From an uncultured delta proteobacterium (GTDB taxonomy: Bacteria > Desulfobacterota > Binatia > UBA9968), in assembly GCA_963745035.1 (NCBI GenBank), contig CAVUVW010000001.1:1-48284 (forward strand): DNA of 48,284 bases. Direction: 5' to 3'. The notes beneath the pieces are model-generated. The model ran no database searches. It saw nothing but the letters and a program-made list of their open reading frames with translations, and had not been told where the DNA came from. Shown one piece after another: positions 42,237-48,284 of this stretch. Made by a program: the position numbers and the translations under genes. Position 1 is the stretch's first letter. The number at the start of each line of letters is the position of its first letter.

Positions 42237-42998
42237 TTAGCGGATCCCTTTGCGCTCCAGGAATGCCTTGAATCCCTCGCGCGGGGAGTTGGCTTTGAGC
42301 TTGTTCTTACGGGCGTTTTGCTCCGCGTCGAAGCGCTCGCGCCATTCCAGCCCGACGTCGTCATTGAGCAGCCTTTTGATGCCTTGCACCATACGCGGAT
42401 CGTTCTCCGCGATCTGTTTGGCCATCGTGAGCGACGCCTCGCGCAATTCGGCGCAGGGCACGAGCTGGTTGAGCAAACCGATGCGTTCCGCTTCTTCTGC
42501 TTTCACCGGCCGGCCGGTGTAGAGAAGCTCCTTGGCTTTCGGCATGCCGACCACAAGCGGCAGTGACCAGGTCGAGTTGGCGCGGCCATACTTGGCGGCA
42601 AGAAATTGAATCTCGGCATGCTCGCACCCGATGCGCAGGTCGAGCATGGTCGTCAGTTGGGCGCCCGCGCCGTAGGCCAGCCCATTGATCGCGCCAATGA
42701 TGGGTTTTGTGAAAGTGGCTAAATGCCAGTTGGCTTCGCGCCGTACTTCGGTGCGCGCGGCCATTTCCTCGGGCGTCGATTTGACCATTTGCATGATGTC
42801 GCCGCCTGCAGAAAAGGCACGCGGACCGGCGCCGGTCAATACAACGACGCGCACTTCGTCGTCGTTTTCGATCTTGGTCAATTCTTCATCGAGCTCGCAG
42901 GCAAGCTCGTAGCTGAGCGCATTCAATTTTTCCGGTCGATTGATCGTGATGATCGCGACCTTTTCGACTCGTTCGGAGAGAATGTTCTGATAGCTCAT
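42237..42998 (-). CDS. Enoyl-CoA hydratase/isomerase (crotonase) family protein
   Basis: INRPEKLNAL, AFSAGGD, KPIIGAING; RBS AAGGAG. Confidence 0.92.
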   Translation of the reverse strand: MSYQNILSERVEKVAIITINRPEKLNALSYELACELDEELTKIENDDEVRVVVLTGAGPRAFSAGGDIMQMVKSTPEEMAARTEVRREANWHLATFTKPIIGAINGLAYGAGAQLTTMLDLRIGCEHAEIQFLAAKYGRANSTWSLPLVVGMPKAKELLYTGRPVKAEEAERIGLLNQLVPCAELREASLTMAKQIAENDPRMVQGIKRLLNDDVGLEWRERFDAEQNARKNKLKANSPREGFKAFLERKGIR

Positions 42999-43069
42999 CG
43001 GCGACTCCTTTGATCCAGCGCGCATTACAACAGAAAGGCCATAAACGAGCAACTGAGCCAGAAGAGATG

Positions 43070-43283
43070 TCTCGCCAAGGCGCAAACGAGTAAGGGGGAA
43101 TACTGCGAACGTCTCAGCCATTTCCACGCACCCTATCCCGGCCTTTCCCCGTCAAGGGGAAAGGAGTGCCGAGGCCCTGCGCGGAAGTGCCACGAAAATT
43201 CGGAGCGGCTGCTTGCCAAGGTGCCAAGATAGTATGGGAAAAAAGAAATCTTCCGAACTTGGCGTCTTTGCGCCTTGGCGAGA
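43070..43283. repeat. MITE-like unit bounded by a perfect 17-bp inverted repeat TCTCGCCAAGGCGCAAA, with a nested CCTTTCCCC..GGGGAAAGG hairpin
   Basis: 43070-43086 is the exact reverse complement of 43267-43283. Confidence 0.7.
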
Positions 43284-43326
43284 GTCATTTCTCCGGGCAC
43301 GTCCAAACGAGGCCCGAGACTGCTTT

Positions 43327-44106
43327 CTAGCCCCTCACCGGTTCATACACCAAGGCTTGCTTGACGGCGGCGTCGATCTGCGGCGCCATTGGGCTTTGGA
43401 TTTCTTCGGCGATGTGGCCGATGGCGCCGAGGGTGCGCCCGATCAGAGCGAACGCTTTGGTGATCTGCCACGGATAGCCCATGTCGAGAGCGATGGCGCC
43501 GATGGCGCCGGTGACATTGACCGGAATCAAGCGCTTGCGGCGCTCGGTGGCCACCTTCGATAGGGCCTGGAGCAGATCGCAGTACTTTCCGTAGACGCCC
43601 GTCTCTTTGGCGATGCCGAACAGCGTGTCGGCGCGCGGGTCGCCTTCGGCGTGGGTGCGATGGCCGATGCCCGGCATGCGCTGTTTGCGCTTCGTGTAGT
43701 CGTCATAGATCGAAGCCGCGATGGCCGGAAAATCGGGATTCGTCGCATCGGCCGGCAGCGCTTGGACCAACATCTTTGCCGACCATTCCGAAGAGCCGAG
43801 ATGCACGCTGCCGGCGCCGCAGAGCGCCGCGGCTACTGCCGCTTGCATCGCTTCGGGAGCGCAGTGATAGATCAGACGCGCCGCGATGACGTGGGAGACC
43901 ATGCCGTGCTCGACGAGAATGACTAGAAGAGAATCGAGCATCCTCGCTTCGTTCGGCGTGGGCAACCGCCCGCGCAGGATGAGGGAAGTCATATCGGTGA
44001 ACGTGATCTTGCCGACCAAGTCCTTGTTCAAGTCGTAACCGCGCACGAGTATGCGATGCAGCTCGGCTTTGCCGATGCCTGTGACGATCTTTGCCTGTTC
44101 CGCCAT
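43327..44106 (-). CDS. Citryl-CoA lyase-like protein (citrate synthase superfamily)
   Basis: VRGYDL, EHG, GSVHLG, PGIGHR..H..DPR, NVTGAI. Confidence 0.88.
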   Translation of the reverse strand: MAEQAKIVTGIGKAELHRILVRGYDLNKDLVGKITFTDMTSLILRGRLPTPNEARMLDSLLVILVEHGMVSHVIAARLIYHCAPEAMQAAVAAALCGAGSVHLGSSEWSAKMLVQALPADATNPDFPAIAASIYDDYTKRKQRMPGIGHRTHAEGDPRADTLFGIAKETGVYGKYCDLLQALSKVATERRKRLIPVNVTGAIGAIALDMGYPWQITKAFALIGRTLGAIGHIAEEIQSPMAPQIDAAVKQALVYEPVRG

Positions 44107-44280
44107 GAGAGAATTCCTCCAGTGAAATTTGCTCTTCGGATACTAAGCCAGCTCGGCGCGTATGGTCAAATGGGGTATCGTTGTCCGGTTTATTTCCGGA
44201 GGTTTTCTGCGTAGAATGCCGGCAAGTTTGGGTGGAAGTAGATTCGAGATTTACGACGCGTTGGGGTCGAAGGGAGAAAT

Positions 44281-44320
44281 CACCCCCATCTTTCTCTTCC
44301 CCCGTCGAGGGGGAAGAGAT
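44281..44320. repeat. REP-like hairpin TCTTCCCCC-GTC-GAGGGGGAAGA
   Basis: Palindrome resembling the nested hairpin at about 43130-43165. Confidence 0.55.
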
Positions 44321-44386
44321 CGAAAAGGCCAAAGCAAAAGATTCCTGCCGAGTAACGATCCGGTTTTCTGAAGGAAGCGAGTGACG

Positions 44387-45631
44387 ATGGGCGACTACGT
44401 TAAGGAACACTACGATTTTCCGCTGACGAAAGTCAGCGGGAACAAGCCGCTCAAGGGTGTGCGGGTGATCGACGCCGGCAATATGGTGGCCGCGCCGTTT
44501 GCCACCGTCTTGCTCGCCGACTTCGGTGCCGACGTTATCAAAATCGAGCATCCCAAATACGGCGACGGCCAGCGCAAACTGGAACCGATCATGGACGGTA
44601 TCCCGCTCTGGTGGAAGTCTGTGTCGCGGAATAAGCGATGCATCACGCTCGATCTCGGGAAGCCGGAAGGGGCGGCTATCTTCAAGCAGCTCATCAAGGG
44701 CAAAGACGTGATTGTGGAAAATTACCGCCCCGGCACGTTTGAAAAATGGGGCATTGGACCCGACGTGATTCGCGGCATAGATCCGCGCATCATTCTCCTG
44801 CGCATCTCAGGCTTCGGCCAGACCGGGCCGTACAAAAACCGCGCGGGCTTCGGGCGTGTCGCCGAGGCGATGAGCGGACTCACGAATCTCATTGGCGAAC
44901 CGGACGGGCCGCCGATGTCACCGGGTTATCCGCTCGGTGATTTGATCGCCGGGATTTTTGGCTCGCTATCGATCATGATGGCGCTCTATCATCGCGATCT
45001 GCGCGGCGGCGAGGGGCAGGTGATCGACCTGGCGCTGTTCGAAGCGGTCTTTCGCTTTTTGGACTTCGATCCAATCCAATACGATCAATTGAAGACGGTC
45101 CATCACCGCACTGGCAACCGCGTCGCATACGTAGCGCCGAGTTCCATGTTCAGAACGAAGGAGGGGAAATACCTCACCCTCGCGGCCAGCACGCAGAGCA
45201 TCTGGTTGCGATTGGCCGAGGCCATTGGTCGCAAAGATCTCACGACCGATCCGAGGTTTATCGATAACTCGGCGCGCGTGATCAACTCGGTGGAAGTCAA
45301 TGGCATCGTCGGCGATTGGATCGAGAAACACACGCGCGATGAGGTGATTGAGCAGTTTGATAAATTCGGTGTCGCCTACTCAGCCGTGTTCGATATGGAA
45401 GACGCCTTCCGCGACGTGCAATATCGCGCGCGGGAAGCAATGGTGCGCGTGCCGGATGCCGACCTCGGCGAAGCGGTTGTGCAAAACGTCGTGCCGAAAT
45501 TTTCCGCTACGCCCGGTTCGGTGGATTTTCTTGGCCCGCAGATGGGCGCGCACAACGAAGACATTCTCTGCGGCGAGCTGGGGCTGTCAAAAGAACGCCT
45601 AAAGGAATTGAAAGACGCCGGCGTGATTTAA
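44387..45631 (+). CDS. CoA transferase family III (CaiB/BaiF)
   Basis: PLKGVRVID, LADFGADVIKIE, RNKRCITLDL, ENYRPG, catalytic GD(L). Confidence 0.95.
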   Translation: MGDYVKEHYDFPLTKVSGNKPLKGVRVIDAGNMVAAPFATVLLADFGADVIKIEHPKYGDGQRKLEPIMDGIPLWWKSVSRNKRCITLDLGKPEGAAIFKQLIKGKDVIVENYRPGTFEKWGIGPDVIRGIDPRIILLRISGFGQTGPYKNRAGFGRVAEAMSGLTNLIGEPDGPPMSPGYPLGDLIAGIFGSLSIMMALYHRDLRGGEGQVIDLALFEAVFRFLDFDPIQYDQLKTVHHRTGNRVAYVAPSSMFRTKEGKYLTLAASTQSIWLRLAEAIGRKDLTTDPRFIDNSARVINSVEVNGIVGDWIEKHTRDEVIEQFDKFGVAYSAVFDMEDAFRDVQYRAREAMVRVPDADLGEAVVQNVVPKFSATPGSVDFLGPQMGAHNEDILCGELGLSKERLKELKDAGVI

Positions 45632-45680
45632 TCCCACCTCGTTAATTCCCCACACCTTCCTGCGCCGTTAGTTTCTATTC

Positions 45681-45795
45681 CGTCATTCGCGCAGGCTTCT
45701 AGCGTGGTTCGACACGCTCACCACAGGCGAACTCTGACTGGACCCCCGACTAAAACATTCGGGGATGACAACTTTGAGACAGACCTCTTCGCTAG
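45681..45795. repeat. Nested REP-like elements (CGTCATT...ATGACA outer arms; GTGGTTCGACACGCTCACCAC inner)
   Basis: Palindromic units between convergent genes. Confidence 0.55.
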
Positions 45796-45861
45796 GCAGT
45801 GATGCCCGCTGCTGACAGGGGTTGTGCATTCCCAACGACGGGAACGAGCGTGGGCGTGTAT

Positions 45862-46971
45862 CTACGGTAAAATCTTCTTGGCAAATTCCTGTGCGGGCCG
45901 CCTGACGCTTTTGACTTTGTCCTCGCTCTGATTCTCGTGCTTCTGGAAGTCCGCCAGGCTGATGGTATCCTTTGCCGCTCTGATCCCGAATTCTTCCATC
46001 GACTTGGTGTCAACATCCGTGCGCCGCGTCGCCTGGCCCTGAGCAAGCGAGTAAATTTCCTGTCCTTCTTTGCTAAGAAGCCAGTTGATCAAGACCTTGG
46101 CCGCATTCGGGTGCGGCGGGTTTTTGAGCGCCACCGGTCCACCGTTGCCCATGGACACGTAGGTGCCTTCTTTTAGCGGCGGCAGCCATTTCACCGGTAG
46201 TCCCGCTTTGACGTAGGAAACAAAGCTGTAATACGTAGGGCCGATGCTGATGGCGATGGCGCCCTTGGAGAGCGAGTCGGCGACTTGCCGCCGGTCGGCG
46301 GCGAGGAGCGAAATCTGTTCGGTCAATTTTTTCAGATAAGCTTCGCCCTTGGTCGCCCAAAGAAATGCCCACTTGCCAGCAGAGGCGCCGCCTTGCCGCG
46401 GGTCCCATAGACCGATTTTTCCTTTCCATTTGGGTTTCAGTAGATCGTCATAGGCGCGGATCTCATCCGCCTTCACCTGATCGGTGTTGTACCAGATGTT
46501 GTCCTGCATGTAGGCAAAAGGCGAATAGGCAAAGCGCTTTGTGTGGTCGGTCCAGACATGGCCGCCCCACCAGTTTCTCGGTTCCTTGACTTCCGGCAGG
46601 ATCCAGTGCGATTCGAGCGGATCCACTGCGCCCATCGGAATCAGGCTGTGGTCCAGATTGTCGAACGTGCTGATGATCGCGTCAAAGTAGCGCACGCCGG
46701 CTTGATACTCGTCCGATATCCTGCGAACGATTTTCGCTGCGGTTCCGGGCACCACTTCGATTTCGAAGCCGAACTTCTTCTTGACTGACGATTCCAGCGC
46801 CTTTCGCAGCTCGACGCTGGGCGGAATACTCAAGACGACCTTGCCTTCTTTCTTCGCGGCTTCCAGCCGCTGGCTCCACTCGGTTTGCCACGGCGTCTGC
46901 GCAAATACGGGAGGGGAGAGAGCCAGCAAGGTGACTAAAGACAACCCGCAGCGAGAACCATTGAATCGCAT
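45862..46971 (-). CDS. Extracellular solute-binding protein (AfuA/PotD-like), orphan
   Basis: Signal peptide, AAKKEGKV, DLLKPKWKGKI, PHPNAAKVLINWLLSKEGQ. Confidence 0.88.
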   Translation of the reverse strand: MRFNGSRCGLSLVTLLALSPPVFAQTPWQTEWSQRLEAAKKEGKVVLSIPPSVELRKALESSVKKKFGFEIEVVPGTAAKIVRRISDEYQAGVRYFDAIISTFDNLDHSLIPMGAVDPLESHWILPEVKEPRNWWGGHVWTDHTKRFAYSPFAYMQDNIWYNTDQVKADEIRAYDDLLKPKWKGKIGLWDPRQGGASAGKWAFLWATKGEAYLKKLTEQISLLAADRRQVADSLSKGAIAISIGPTYYSFVSYVKAGLPVKWLPPLKEGTYVSMGNGGPVALKNPPHPNAAKVLINWLLSKEGQEIYSLAQGQATRRTDVDTKSMEEFGIRAAKDTISLADFQKHENQSEDKVKSVRRPAQEFAKKILP

Positions 46972-46986
46972 CGTGATCTCCCAAAG

Positions 46987-48284
46987 CTATTTCGCGGCCG
47001 GCACCGTCATTGCGTCCATGACGCCGTCGACCCAGTGAACGTGATCGGGGACCACTGTGGAAGTGCCGCGGACGCGGTAAACGCCCGGGTCGCGGGCGCC
47101 CGGCGGCGCCGTGCCCTTCTCGCGCAGCGCTCTCGCCGCGTCGAGCAATTTCATCCGCGCTTTGATCGTGCTGATATCGCCGGCACACAAGTGCTCCTTG
47201 GTGCGATCGAGGATCGGACCGGGCCCCTGGTTCTCGGTGACGCAAACATCTTGCAGGTTGACGCCGGCGATTCCCATGCGCCGCGACCTGTGGATGTCCC
47301 AATTGATCAAGTAATCATTGGATCTATTTGCCCTCATGCGGATATGGCCGAAGGGAATTGCGTTGCTCGGCGGGTCATAGGCCTCCTCGGCAAACGCTTC
47401 ACGGACTTTTTCGTCGGTATTCTTCGCAATCTCTTCGCTCGGATACCAGCGCACCTGCCATTTGACGCAGTTCTCGTCGTCCACCGGCACGAAGGCGCGC
47501 GCAGCTTTTTGATCGGCGCCGGGCGGCATGGTGTAGAAGGGCATAATAAATTGATTGACGCGCCAAAGATTCGTGCCGCCGCCCAGGGAACGCTTTGCGC
47601 CGTAGGTGAAGCCGGCCTCGCGATCGAAGATTTCCACGTCCTCGGGGGTTTTCTTTACGCCCAGGCGATTGGCTTCCCGTTGCTGCGCCGGCTGCTGTGC
47701 GTTCATTTCTTCATCGGACAAATCATAGGGCGAGTGCAGCCACATGACATGGGTGGGGTCGATGCCGCCCTCAAGCACCTGCAGGTAGTTCCCCTCCTGA
47801 TAAAACAACCTATATATTCGGTGCTCATCCGGGACGCGAAGAAATTCGAAGTCGGGAAGCTCGGGCACGTCCTTTGTTAGTCCCATATAAGTCCAGATGA
47901 TCCCGCCGCGCTCGACGCAGGGATAGCCGGGATGCTGCACGTCGTCTTTGAATTGCTGGTCCTCGGGAATGTTCGGCATCTCGATGCATTTGCCGTTCGT
48001 TGCATACTTCCAGGCATGATAAGCGCAACGCAGGCCGTCCGCTTCGACGCGGCCGAAATAAAGCGGCGCGAGGCGGTGCGGGCAGTAGGCGCCGATCAGG
48101 CCGACAGCGCCGGTAGTGGTGCGAAAGAGCACCAAATCTTCGCCGAGAAGTCGAACGCGCAGCGGTCTGCCGCCGGGTTCCTTTAACTGCGCCGTCGGCA
48201 CCACCGGAATCCAGTACTGGCGCATGAGATTACCCATCAACGTCGCCGGCCCGACCCGGGTGAGCGCTTCGTTTTCCTCGCGCG
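46987..48284 (-). CDS. Rieske aromatic oxygenase alpha subunit (phthalate 4,5-dioxygenase/LigX-like); 5' end beyond the window
   Basis: CPHR...CAYH Rieske motif, EGGIDPTH..LH mononuclear Fe site; the frame stays open to the window end (REENEALTRVGP). Confidence 0.92.
   Translation of the reverse strand, partial: REENEALTRVGPATLMGNLMRQYWIPVVPTAQLKEPGGRPLRVRLLGEDLVLFRTTTGAVGLIGAYCPHRLAPLYFGRVEADGLRCAYHAWKYATNGKCIEMPNIPEDQQFKDDVQHPGYPCVERGGIIWTYMGLTKDVPELPDFEFLRVPDEHRIYRLFYQEGNYLQVLEGGIDPTHVMWLHSPYDLSDEEMNAQQPAQQREANRLGVKKTPEDVEIFDREAGFTYGAKRSLGGGTNLWRVNQFIMPFYTMPPGADQKAARAFVPVDDENCVKWQVRWYPSEEIAKNTDEKVREAFAEEAYDPPSNAIPFGHIRMRANRSNDYLINWDIHRSRRMGIAGVNLQDVCVTENQGPGPILDRTKEHLCAGDISTIKARMKLLDAARALREKGTAPPGARDPGVYRVRGTSTVVPDHVHWVDGVMDAMTVPAAK

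Overview
Bacterial window with two parts. The gene repertoire (many orphan PF04392, NMT1/SsuA and TctC substrate-binding proteins, a LigX-like Rieske oxygenase, CaiB CoA transferase) suggests Candidatus Binatia/Binatota-like deltaproteobacteria; this is inference. (1) About 1-11,600 looks like the distal end of a decayed genomic island. It is visibly more AT-rich and ends in a tRNA 3'-end att scar at 11578-11602. It holds two internal tRNA-Phe-like att remnants, a frameshifted terminase-small-subunit-like gene plus a second fragment of it, a triplicated small-protein family, a YVTN beta-propeller and a sigma54-driven BON/general-stress/ferritin-like operon. (2) About 11,900-48,284 is GC-rich backbone. 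It carries a GT4 glycosyltransferase, a TPR protein, lrp-gltB-gltD, a PuuE-like deacetylase, one complete NitT/TauT ABC system, many stand-alone binding proteins, an orphan GlmL, an LLM oxidoreductase, an ABC exporter, an HK/sigma54 response-regulator pair, and crotonase, citryl-CoA lyase, CoA transferase and Rieske genes. Highlights not in the ORF track: a sigma54 promoter followed by a c-di-GMP-I (GEMM) riboswitch upstream of an uncharacterised internally duplicated protein that has a paralogue in the island; a sigma54-driven pair of micro-proteins (41-aa lipoprotein and 55-aa Pro-rich secreted peptide) divergent from the two-component system; and several REP/MITE and 9-bp tandem repeat families. 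No CRISPR array, rRNA, intact tRNA or integrase was seen.
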